DNA from: Eledone cirrhosa
Lineage: Eukaryota
Assembly: GCA_964016885.1 (NCBI GenBank)
Contig: OZ024757.1
Span: 5,518,001 to 5,582,000, forward strand
Direction of reading: 5' to 3'
DNA: 64,000 nucleotides
The stretch's first letter is position 1. Every line of letters begins with the position of its first letter. Shown piece after piece: positions 1 through 11,774 of this stretch. Below the pieces are notes generated by a model. It ran no database searches, was not told where the DNA came from, and saw only the letters and a list, made by a program, of their open reading frames with translations. The translations under genes were made by a program, and so were the position numbers.

Positions 1-836
1 GACCAAAACACACCACCACAACACACCACATACCACACCACAACACATACAAACCAGGTAGTTATACCAACCCAGTATCCTGATTTTAGTGTTTTTTTGT
101 AATAAATCTCAACATCTCAGTTCTTACCAAGTGGAGTGGAACTCATCAGATTGGACCAAGGAAACAATGTTTCCATTGGTCTTTCCAATTGATGATAGTG
201 TATATATTTATTTGCGTTGTGTTGCCAAACAATGTCAAAAGCCATTGACCTGCATCTTTGGTCAAGAAGGCCATTGGAGCGTCACTCAGAGAAGCTGATA
301 CAGCAGCCAGCTTGACAGCCGATATAGGTAGCACCAACAATTATCACTACCATTAACAAGAGGAAGGCAACGACAGAAACAGTGAAAATAACAACGACCC
401 CGCATCTTCGGTTAAAGAAGGCGTTCGAGCCCCAGCAGCCAACCTGGCAGCCCGAATAGGTTACAGTTTCAACTACCACCTACATCAACAAGAGGAAGGC
501 AGCTACAGTAGCGGTGACATTAACAACAACAACATATAATAATAATAATAATAATAATAATGAAATTATTGTGTACAGTGCTCAGATGCACTACAACTCA
601 TCAAAGGTGCATGTATAGTACATAGAATAATGTACAAATGTCAGGAAAATGAACAGTGTACGAGTCATGATATAATAACAATAACAATAATGAAATATTG
701 TGTACAGTGCCCAGGTGCACCACAACTCATCAAAAAAGTGCATGTACAGTACATAGGGCAATGCACAAACATCAGTAAAATGAACAGTGCACGAGTCATG
801 TTACACACATGTGTGCATGTGTATGGAAGGGGTACA

Positions 837-3649
837 TCAGGTGTAGTTTTGGCGTATTTCGGGAAGCATGAGTGTCTTAAAGGATGCAGTGTCTCGGCAG
901 CTAACAATTGACGCAGGCAGTTTGCTCCATGCTTCAGCAACTCTGAGCGTGAAAAAATGTCTACGAAAGTCATGGGAGCTGTGCTGTTTTCTGATCTTGT
1001 AGGCATGTCCACGTGTGTTAGACACATGGAGATCAAAGAGGCGCTCAGGGTTGCAATTGGCCATATGGTTAATAACTTTGTGGGTATTTACCAAGTCCAT
1101 TGCCAGACGTCGGAGCTTCAATGAATCCATGCCCAGGGAAGCAAGGCGTTCAGAGTATGGTACGTGTCTGATGGAGGGTATGCGCTTGGTTGCACGTCTC
1201 TGAACAGTTTCCAGGAGGTCAATGTTCTGAGCAAGATAGGGGTTCCAGACTGATGATGCGAATTCCAAGTGTGGTCGTACCATAGCTGTATACAGTTTTA
1301 AATAGATGGCTGGAGAGCGGCTAACAAAGGTCTTGCTGAGTGATGCCAAGACACCCTCGGCCTTCTTGACAATCTTAGAGACATGCTTTGTCCAACGCAA
1401 ATCGTTGCTGACAGTAATGCCCAGGTCATGTTCACAAGAGGACTTTTTGATATCAGTGTTGTGGAGGGAGTATGTGGACGCTGGATTTTTCCTCCCAAAA
1501 TGCATGGTGGTACACTTGTCCACAGCCAGCTTCAGTTGCCAGTCTGTGATCCATTGCTGAATTGTGTCCAGGTCTGATTGTAGGAAAGAGTTGTAAATTT
1601 CAGGATCAGTCCTTTTGATTTCAAGGTATAGCTTGATGTCATCTGCATATTTTAGTACCGTGGCATTCTGTAAGTTGGCATCTATGTCGTTAATATATGC
1701 TACAAACAAAAGAGGACCAAGAACAGATCCCTGTGGTACACCAGATGACATCTCATATGGTGAAGAATGCTGTCCTAGAACCGTGACTACTTCTTTTCGG
1801 CTGAGAATGAAGGATTTCAACCAGTCGAAAAGACATCCCTCACACCCATTGCAGAGAGTTTTGCCATAAGTCTTTTGTGTGGCACAGAATTAAAAGCCTT
1901 AGCAAAGTCAAGGTAAACAACCTCCACCCATGAGCCGCTGTCAGTGATCCGGGTGATGTCCTCAAGGAACTCGATAAGCTGATCACAGCAGCTGGAGTTA
2001 GGGATAAATCCAAACTGTGAGGGCCAGATGAGGCTGTGAGAGCTCCAGAAGTTCCAAAGTGTTTCTCTGACACAGGATTCCATCAGTTTGGCCATACAGC
2101 TAGTAAGACTGACTGGACGATAGTTGACAGGTGACATGCGGTTGCCCTTTTTGAACAGGGAAATGACACTGGCAGTTTTCCACTGCTCCGGAGTAGCACC
2201 ATTGTTGAGACAGTATTGAAAGAAGAAAGAAAGCTGGCGCAAAAGGAAATACCCGCCACGTTTGAGAAGCAGGTATGTGACACCATCAAGACCAGGGGAG
2301 GCATAGTTGCGCTTATTCTTAAGGTGACGTCGCAACATTGCAGGTGTAAATTCCATAGTTGTTATGGAATTTGATGTTAGAGATGGTGGAGATGGTACAT
2401 TCTGGTTTTCAACAGTAAAAATACTTGTATAGCACTCAGCAATGAGTTCTGCGCATTCCTTGGGATTGTCAGTGATCTGGCTTGTGTGGGGATTGCGAAG
2501 AGGACCAACTGGAGAGTGAGGTCTCTGCTTTGAATGAACATATTTCCAGAACACCTTACTGTCAGGATTGGTTGCGATGCACTGTTCAAATTCAAGCACT
2601 GCCTTCTTTGTCACTTGCTTGAGATGGTTAGAAGATTTATTCCGCTTTTTTCTGTTGTCATCTGATTTATGCAGTTTATATTCCCGTTCAGCGTTCCGAC
2701 GTTCTTTCCTGGCAAGTCGGACCGCTGAAGTTTCCCAAATTGCACTTTTGGGGTGGTTATTTTCCGCTTCCGTGGCACTGATGCTGCACATGCTATCCAT
2801 ATTGAGTCCAGGATGCTCTGGAGTATAGTGTTCACATCTCCAGAGTTATACATCTCATGCCAGTTTGGGCGCTGTAGCTCAGTGCAGTACAAGTTCCAAT
2901 CCGCCCTCTTCCAATCAAAGCAAGCAGATTGGAGATGGCTCTGGTTTTTGTTGCTGCCCTCAAGTGCCAGATTGGCAATGATCATAGCATGATCAGAGTC
3001 GCCTAGAGATTCCTCAGTAGTACAACTGATAACCACTTCAGGAGTAGTGGTGAAGATCAGGTCCAAAGTGTTGTCACCTCTTGTTGGAGAGGTGACTACT
3101 TGTGACCAGTTTGAGTCCAGCACTAGTTCAAGGAAATCGTTTGCACCTTGTGGCCAACGAAAGGTTTCCCAATCGATCTCTGGATGATTGAAGTCACCTG
3201 CAATAAACACATAAGTGGCTGTTTTCTTGGCAGCAACTCTGAGGATATTGCAAAGCTGTGTGTCCTGATGCTAGTTTGGGGGGGCGATAAACAACACCAA
3301 GCAGAAGTGTTGACATGGTCATACGTATGTCACAGAAAAAAACTTCTTCCTGTGATTCGTTCAAATCAACGCAAGGAATTACCGAAAAGTTTGAACGAAC
3401 GTAGACCATCACACCACCACGGCGATTAATGCGGTCCTTGCGGAAAAGGTTGTACCCAGTAATGCTGAAAACCCCATCACAGAGTAAGGAATGTGCCCAT
3501 GTTTCCGTGACTGTGATGAAGTCCGGGTCGATGCTTCTGACGTAGGATTCGAACAGATGTATCTTGTTGCATAAACTGCGAGCATTTAAGGACAACAATT
3601 TGTACCCTGCTCGCAGTTTATGATGGTGTGTAGAGGGTGGCAGGTTGTT
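837..3649 (-). pseudogene. LINE ORF2 (APE endonuclease plus reverse transcriptase) split by about three frameshifts
   Basis: ORFs 3194-3598, 2611-3210, 1817-2800 and 837-1820 join into one EN-RT protein. Confidence 0.92.
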
Positions 3650-4350
3650 CTAGTTTAGTTTCCCAGAGTTGTAGCAGTTTTTACATTGCCAGCTGGTATC
3701 TCTCTTCCACGTTTCACCAGCCTTGACAAACCTCCAGATCTGCCCATCATCACGCAGACTAAAACTTTCATCTTGTGCTGAGTTCCGATTCAAGGAAGCT
3801 GCAGCACGTAGCTTTGGACGTACATGGGGTGGTAGGCCTGGGCGTGTTCGGAAGGTAATCCGATTTTCACGCCCAGCTTTAGCAGAGGCCCGATGATATG
3901 AGGTTGCCTCTGCGGGGTCCGAAAAAGACAGCCTGATGAGTCTGGGTTTTGGACCAGGTCGACTAAGACGGAGAGCACCCTTTGGGGGAACACAGCCTAG
4001 GTCTTTGGCTGAGCTGGCAGCAAATGCCTGAAGATCAGCCTTGTCCTCTGGTACCCCAATGGCAATCACTTCATGGGTAGCAGATTCCGCATCTTTTCAG
4101 TCTTTTCAGCAAGAGGTACAGGGAGATTCTTTAGCATGGAATTCCGATAAGACCCTTCATTGTGGGGTCCTACCCGAATGCCTGCCTTTATTCCTGCAAC
4201 TTCCCTTCTCAGAGCAGAAATCATTAGTTGCAGTTCCGCAAAATCTGTACTGGTCGGTTGTTGCTGTTGTTGTTGCTGCTGCTGCTGCTGTCGTTGTTGG
4301 TGATGATGATGTTCCTCCACGGGAATGGCAGGGGAGGACACAGTCGCAGG

Positions 4351-4394
<44 letters not shown>

Positions 4395-4938
4395 GCTGAT
4401 GTTCCTCCACGGGAATGGTATGGGAAGACACAGTCACCAGTTGTTGGTGTCGAGATGTACTGGGAGTGGAAGACATGGGTTGTTGTTGTTTCTGATGTTC
4501 TCCCACAGGAACAGCAGTAGAAGCCAGTGTCATAGGTTTTTGCCGTTGTTCAGTAACAATGGTAGAGGAAGACACAGTCATTGGTTTTTGTTGTTGTTGT
4601 TGTTGTTTTTCAATAACATTAGTGGAGGCAGGCACACAGGCCAGACACTGAAAGGACCAAGATTTTAGCTGGACCATCTCCCAGATTCCATCCATCATAG
4701 CATTATGATGTCACTTTTTTTGGCCTGGGATCCTCCGGAAGCATGTGGCGCATTGAAGGCAGACAGAGATGTGCCCGGTTCCACATTCGACCCAACGATT
4801 ATGGAACGAGTTTTCGGGTTCCGCACAGATATGGCAGATGTGGTTTTCTGGGCAATGTTCTATTTTGGGACATCGACCACTTTTGTCGCATACTTTGCCC
4901 ATGGACATCACCGTGGCAATTTTGTTATTTCTGCCCAT
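3650..4938 (-). pseudogene. LINE ORF1: PHD-like Cys/His finger, polyQ region, coiled coil, RRM-like domain; disrupted
   Basis: ATG at 4938; CHIC..LQCATC..HH..WSFQCLAC; in-frame TGA at 4711-4713; frameshift near 4094; C-terminal IAIGVPE..RL..PRLIRLSF; ends GKLN-TAG. Confidence 0.8.
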
Positions 4939-5762
4939 CCGTAGAAAAACACAGAATGTAAACAATATAGGTTTAGCGCACTTGATTACGATAGAAATAA
5001 AATGTCTGTTTTATGTTTGTTTTTTTTGTGCATTTTGTTTTCGTTTTCCTAAATGTTGTGTTAACAGAAGAGTCTGTGCATGAAACAAATAAATATGCTG
5101 CGTAAGTTATCGAGATAAATGTTTGTTTATGTTTGGTTTTTGTATTTCTGTTTCTGTGTTCCTATGTATTATATGTGTGTGAATGCAACAAGATCTGCAC
5201 ACGCATATATAATTATATATATATATATAATTAAAATGTGTATGTGGGTTAGAAGCGAAGTCAATGTTCAGAGATATTTGACAAATGTACGTAAGGTTGG
5301 CCGGTATAGTGTCTCTCACGAAATAGTGTGGTTTCTTTTCACTTGTGTGTATATGCATGTGGTATATATCTGTATATAAATCTGTGTGTATATTGTTGTT
5401 TATAGATTTTGTGAAGTACTTACTGCGATCCCTAAGGGATGTAGTGATTTGTTGTTTATTTCCCCCGTCCATGTCCACACGTGGTTTGTTGGCGAAAATC
5501 AAATCAAATCAAATATACTTTGTTAAAATAATTCTATGTTGAAACTGGTACTAGTTGTCAGGGAATAGTCAAAGTATTTGTAATAATGAATATTGTAATC
5601 CATCTGACATGTGTTTAAAGTCAGTTTTTGGTGATATGGAACTTATGCCCAACAGCTACATGAACCTGGGACGCACAACAGAATCTACACAAAATTGTTA
5701 ATAAAATACATGTATATTTATTTATACACATGTAGGAGTCACCTTACATGATATGTATATTA

Positions 5763-5837
5763 CAGTGTACCCCAAAAATGTATACACACTTACATAGATT
5801 GTAGTTGACGTGTGTATACATTTTTGGGGAGACCCTG
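5763..5837. mobile_element. About 75-bp Tc1/mariner-type MITE; further copies at 39942-40020 and about 40937-41010
   Basis: Palindromic CAGGGTNTCCC..AAAA.TGTATACAC / GTGTATACATTTTTGGGGA.ACCCTG, TA-flanked at 39942-40020. Confidence 0.6.
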
Positions 5838-5861
5838 TCTATATTTTATATACACATATAT

Positions 5862-6543
5862 GGCATACGTCAAGACGGGCGGTCAGAAAAGTGAAAGTAA
5901 ATTTATTTTCATTTTCGAACGTCGTGTTTACATTTTGTGTGTGTGTTTAGATATAAATTAGTGTCGTTTTAACTGATTATATATATATGTATATGTGTGT
6001 GTGTAGTTGACGGTTGAGAGAAGAGTACTCAATACCGAAGTAATCTTGTAATGAGACTTGCACATGCTGGTGACGAAGCTTCTTCTTTGCACGGCTCCAT
6101 GTGTTCTCTATGAGCTGTGTGTGCACATCAGGGTCCGCAGGATCTACAAAGTTCCGTTCGTGCACCACAACATCATGAACGTAAATCCCACCTTCAATTT
6201 CCAAATAGGAAGCCCAACCAACGGAGATGATGCGGCTGCCTGGCAAAATCCCTGCTGAATGATGGGGACGAGAGTGTCAGAGCTTCGATTTGGGACTTCT
6301 ACAAGGCAGCAGCGTCTAGAATGGCGGACTCACCATTCTGCAAGCCTCATTACAAGATTACTTCGGTATTGAGTACTCTTCTCTCAACCGTCAACTACAC
6401 ACACACACAAACATATACATATATATATAATCAGTTAAAACGACATTAATTTAGATCTAAACACACACAAAATGTAAACACGACGTTCGAAAATGAAAAT
6501 AAATTTACTTTCAGTTTTCTGACCGCCCGTCTTGACGTATGCC
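5862..6543 (-). mobile_element. Merlin (IS1595-related) DNA transposon, internally deleted, about 200-bp TIRs, 8-bp TSD
   Basis: Ends GGCATACGTCAAGACGGGC and GCCCGTCTTGACGTATGCC; ACATATAT at 5854-5861 and 6544-6551; core peptide IISVGWASY..HERNFVDP..VHTQLIENTWSRAK resembles the Merlin/IS1595 DDE C-terminus. Confidence 0.88.
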
Positions 6544-6581
6544 ACATATATATGTTAAAAGATGATTGATAAATAAATAAA

Positions 6582-6640
<59 letters not shown>

Positions 6641-6662
6641 TTATATATATTTATTTATATTC

Positions 6663-6722
<60 letters not shown>

Positions 6723-7403
6723 CAGTATATATATACACACTTTCACAAAGTATATAGCTAATGTCCTATAACATATTCCACGAATAACGGTTAATTTTTT
6801 ACACATATTATTTTTACACATATTTCAATATATTCTACAATGTATTAATTCAGTTTCTCAGCATATTTTAAACCTTTCACCCTTTTTCGATAGCCTTAGA
6901 TTTTCGTTCAAACATTCGATGACGTCATACGTCTTTCTACCTTTATAAATCATTCTAGCAATTTCCTTTAATTGTTGATATAAAATAATAATTAAATACC
7001 CACATATATAGATTTTTTATAGACATTTTTAATTTTGACATAGATAGACTATTTTTATTTTTTAATTTAATGTTATTTTATAAAAAATCTGTTTTATACT
7101 TATTTTAATTTAATTTTATTTTTTTTTATTTTATTTTATTAATACATTTTTACACTTCTTAATCCAATTTTTAGTATTTAAACCCAATATAAAATAATAT
7201 ACCCAGTTTCTATATTTTAGACCTCTAATATTTGAATACCATCTATAATTGTTTCTACGTTTTGGCACAAGGCCAGCAATTAACCAGTGCATTACTGGTA
7301 CTTTATTTTATCGACCCCTTTATTTTATCGCACATACACCTCATCAATTTACTTTTTAACCGTTATTTACAGCTTGTTTCATTTTAACAGCGTTCCTGAT
7401 CAA

Positions 7404-7450
<47 letters not shown>

Positions 7451-7610
7451 TTCTTTTTCCTTTGTTTTTCCTCTCCTCTCTTTCGTTTTCCTTTTTCTCC
7501 TTCTTTCCTTCTATTTTCCTATCTTGTTCTTACTCTTATATTTCTGTCATATGTAGACATGACACTTTCCTGTTGACAAGTGTTTTTAGGCCTCATACCA
7601 TGTTACCTTA

Positions 7611-7676
7611 TTTTATCTGATGAGAACACAATTTTTGTCGCAGGATGATGTTGTTTTCGAAATGCGCATAATAAAG
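7611..7676 (+). ncRNA. Minimal type I hammerhead ribozyme motif
   Basis: TTTTAT-CTGATGA-GAACACA..TGTTTTC-GAAA-TGCGCA (palindrome)-TA-ATAAAG. Confidence 0.7.
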
Positions 7677-8567
7677 TATATGGAACTTTTTTAACCATCT
7701 TTTAATTTCTTCTTTTTTTATGTATGTGTGTGTGTGCGTGTAAAATTCCGAGCTTATGAGTTTATGTCATTTGAAATAGAAACAGAAAGTCATTAATATA
7801 ATGGTTCATCTTTTTCTTAGGGTTGCTGAATCTAAAGCAATGTGATAATCATATATAGTGATATCCAGAATTTGATATTTTGTTATCCTCTCTATTTTTT
7901 CTATTTTCCCTAAATTAGACATAACAGAGAAAATACCATATATACTCAAATATCAACTGATCTAAATATAATCTAAACTCCTATTTTATGCCTGAGAAAT
8001 GGGCAAAAATCGAAAACCCGTTTATAAGCTGAGGTAGCTAATCAACACATTATGTTTAGATTGTGTGGTTTTGAAATACTCATGAGTATTAAATATATTT
8101 ATGAAGTTTTAATATTTTGATGTTTAAAATGTTTTAAGTGTCGTTTAAAATATAGTTTTTGTTTCACAACTCCATTATGTAATGCATTTTTACCATTTCA
8201 TTCGTTTTATAGTTTCAACAAGTTTCTCAAACTTTTATTTACTTCTGGCCACTCACATACTGGGAGTAGTTGAAAGTAAACAATGGAATAAGAGAACCTT
8301 GTATAGGAATTCAGTGAGTAGAAGTGGGAGAGAGACACAGCAAGTAAGAGAGAGAGAGAGGGGGGAGAGATAGAGCAAGAAAAAGAGAGGGAGAGATGCA
8401 ATAAAATAAAATCAGATTTCTATCTTACTCCTTATAGAGGTGTAGATGAAAACATGTTCATTTTAGTAGACTTGCTATCAAAGAAAATTATTTTTTCGTA
8501 ACAAAGCAATTTATTTGTCTCTATTTTCCTCTAATAATATATAACAGAGTTGCCAGTCCACTCATGG

Positions 8568-8616
8568 ATGCCAGACAGTGTTGTTTCAAGATTTGTTAAT
8601 CTTTCATCAGTGACAC
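8568..8616 (-). ncRNA. Type I hammerhead ribozyme, intact core
   Basis: Reverse complement GTGTCA-CTGATGA-AAGATT aaca AATCTT-GAAA-CA acac TG-TC-TGGCAT; flanks extend stem I. Confidence 0.8.
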
Positions 8617-8777
8617 ACATTCAATCCATACTGGCATGGAAATAGACTAAAGTCTATATAAAATTTTGCAGGTTGTTGTTTTAAATGTCCACTTTCCCTG
8701 CTAGCAAGAGTTGGACGTGATTATCGCTAAATGCTGATGATGGTTAGATTATCAATATTAGTATTATATTATTGGGC

Positions 8778-8904
8778 CCCACTGATGAATTATAGGAGCC
8801 CACTTGAATATATATCTATTGATGGTATACAAGCTCCTACATAAACTGGTATAATTTCACCCAAATTGTAGGAGTCCTATAATGAAACGAGACGTCCGTC
8901 TGGG
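8778..8904 (+). ncRNA. Type I hammerhead ribozyme with long stem II insertion
   Basis: CCCA-CTGATGA-ATTATAGGA...TCCTATAAT-GAAA-CG agacgtc CG-TC-TGGG. Confidence 0.72.
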
Positions 8905-9090
8905 AAGAGATATATTAGATATGTCTCATTTGAAATAATACAGCCAATTTTCCACGCAATACTTTTAGTTAGCACCCCGAACACATAATTGGGAATATAA
9001 TCACTTATTTCCTAATGTTTGTTGAGTGAGTTGGAATTTGGCCGGAGTATCGCTAAAAAACTTTCTCCGATATTGTATTTATTATATATA

Positions 9091-10244
9091 TGTATATAAA
9101 ACAAAATGTCTGTGTAAATCCCTAAAACTCTAGAAGTACCCAACCGACTTATTCGAACATTACACATACGTTACTTATATTTCTTGAAGTGCAATGGGCT
9201 AAAAAAAATTTAACTTTTTCTGCCCTAGGGTCCGCATTAGGCGAAAAACCGCATCTTTTAGGCATTTTTAGTCTTTTTTGAGGCGTTACTTAAATATAAT
9301 CCAACCGATTTCCTCAAAATTTGCAGCACACATTCGTTAGTCCTCTCACATTACTGTGGACAAAAAGATCTCCGATTCTGTTAATGGTTTCTAGGAAATT
9401 CACGAATTAGCATTGGGCATAATTTGCCCTTTTTCATTTTCAATTTAAACACTACTTAAACATCGTAAATAACGTATAATATTTCATCGAAAAATTTGGT
9501 TTATTTAACAGACGACACAACACTTACTTACTTTTAAGCAGGATCATTTTCCTGAGGTTGAGGAAATGAGGAGGACCTTAAAATATTTGTCAGCACCCTG
9601 TTGACGCTTCGTACTTTCATCACGCACAAATCCGGGCCCTGTGTACGTTGCCGTGTTATTGACACCGTAAAACTCACGCCTGTGCTACTTCTACTAAGAC
9701 CCCTTTTGTTGCACCTACACTGCAGTATGAACGTCCTGCGCAAGTACGCTGAACAGCGGTTGTGCTAATTCCACAGTGACCCCTTTTGTCGCACATTTGT
9801 TGCTGTGTAAACCAGTGCCGCCCAGTGTTTGTGCTAATTGCACTATGACCCCCTTCTGCTGCAGCTGCGTTGCCACGCTGATTTCGTCATCTTAATATCC
9901 CTACTTAAATGTACATACCTACTTGGTTTTCACACTATTGACTACGTCGCTCCTTCAGACTGACGTGTGTTCCCCAACTGTGACGTAATTTGTGAACAGA
10001 CTTACGACATACATCGCCCTACAACACTTACTTACTCTTTTGGCATACAGGATTTCCGCAATCAGCTCACTGACACCGCTACTACTGGATTCTTCCTGCT
10101 GGTGTTCTACGTTTCCAGTAGATGAACAATCATTCCCTGAGAATAAATGAATTCAAAAGTACACAGCTACATTCCTCAATCTTGGCATATGCGTGTTGCT
10201 ATTTCATGTTTCCTACCCCGTGCTACGCCGGGTCCTGCTGCTAG
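9091..10244 (+). mobile_element. Non-autonomous Helitron, long copy with extra internal sequence
   Basis: 5' head TATATAAAA..AATCCCTAAAACTC shared with other copies; 3' GC-rich subterminal motif CCCCGTGCTACGCCGGG then CTAG|T. Confidence 0.75.
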
Positions 10245-10689
10245 TAATAATTAAATATATGCATACACACATTTATACACGTGCATATGCGAAAACTCAC
10301 GCCATGCATGCATATACATGCACGTACACATAAACACGCGCACACGGACGTAAACCGGGGCGGCACATATACCTGCACACGAACGTATACACCAAATACA
10401 TATATAAATATATGTTTGTTTGTGTGTGTGTATATATATATAATTATATACACATATATAAATATACACGCATAAATGCGTATAGAACGCACACTCACAC
10501 ATACCTACAGGTAAATACACATATGTTCACCAAACATACATATACGAAAACCTTATGTACACATATACACACCATACATACGTGCAAACACACAGACACA
10601 CTCATACATACCCATATATACACATATACATACATACATATATGTGTGTGTGTGTACATATATATACTCGTATATATATAGAGAGAGCA

Positions 10690-11375
10690 GTTGTAATGGG
10701 TAATATCACTGCTATTTCTAGCAGTGAGAGAGTCTACGTAGAGGTTTTCTTATTGATATATAATTGATATTTTACTGAATGATAATTTCTGATTTACAAT
10801 TAATTAAATACGATTGGAACTGTGTCTGAAGGTATTAAATTATATCAGGGACTTTTAAATAGTGACACCGTTAAGAGAGTTGAAACATTCTCAACGACAC
10901 CGCGTACCTGCTGTCTTCATTATAACTTTAATTAATCAAATTATATCTTGTGTAACAATTATATATATATATATTAATTCCCCGACATCAGTCTTACACT
11001 GTCATATCTATTCTTACTTTACAATTGTGTCTACTAAGAGTTCCATTACAATCTGTAGTAGTAAAACTACTATTTCACCAGAACATCTGCTATCAGTCAT
11101 TTATAGACAATATATATATTTTAGACCACATATCAACCTAATATATATATGTTTCCTATCTAATCTGTAGCTAAAGACATAAAGTCAGCCTCACTACTTC
11201 ATTCTGACAAGATATCAATTTACGACTAAAGATGAAGAAGATACACCAACGTTAATGTCGTGAAATAAAGCTGATAACATTGAAACTGCTAATTTGATAA
11301 CAAAGAGATTATTTCTTTGGTTGTTTAGTAACAACTAACAACTCAGCACATTGATTATATGTGAAGGAGGTAAGT
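10690..11375 (+). promoter_or_regulatory. Putative promoter and non-coding first exon of ZNF gene 1; splice donor GAG|GTAAGT at 11370
   Basis: About 700-bp block conserved at 33110-33830 and 43350-44060, each ending in a consensus donor upstream of a ZNF coding exon. No transcript evidence. Confidence 0.6.
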
Positions 11376-11774
11376 TGACAAAGATTTACTTAATGTCTAT
11401 ATTAATGTGTGTAAATAATATAATTATCTGAACCTTACAATGATCGAGTAATTAACCAGATTCCACTGTTACATGTGATATAAAATATATTGTTATCATG
11501 ACTGTCTTTATTATTTAAATTACCTCCGTCTATTTGCTTATCTTGTTCACTACCTTACATTATAAAATATAGTTTATATTTAGCTGTACCTTGTTATTGC
11601 TTTAAGTAAATTAAAGATATCTTTATTATTTAAATTATCTCCGTCTATTTAATTATGTCGTTCACTACCTTACATTATAAAATATAGTTTATATATAGCT
11701 GTACCTTGTTGTTGTTTCAGGGAAGTTTTGTTCGTTTTATTCTAAATCTGTTTTGATATAATTTACTTCATCTA

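Larger units (their letters stand above)
536..5000 (-). mobile_element. Near full-length CR1/L2-clade non-LTR retrotransposon with (ATT)n tail
   Basis: Minus-strand ORF1, then APE endonuclease (LNARSL, VTETW, GGV, VYRPP, GDFN, PTR, LDL, SDH) and RT (NYRPVSLTS, YLDFAKAF, SGVPQGSVLGPLLF, YADD), with a CR1-type C-terminus (RPHLEFAS, TRGH, FFTLRV..W..LP). (TAA)n at 536-560 on +. 5' boundary approximate. Confidence 0.93.

Noticed and set aside
3655-3665. GGGAAAC -1 frameshift site at the end of LINE ORF1
   Set aside because: Wrong phase for a slippery heptamer, and ORF2 is already in frame.
4066-4698. Host polyQ transcription factor
   Set aside because: Collinear with, and upstream of, LINE ORF2; part of ORF1.
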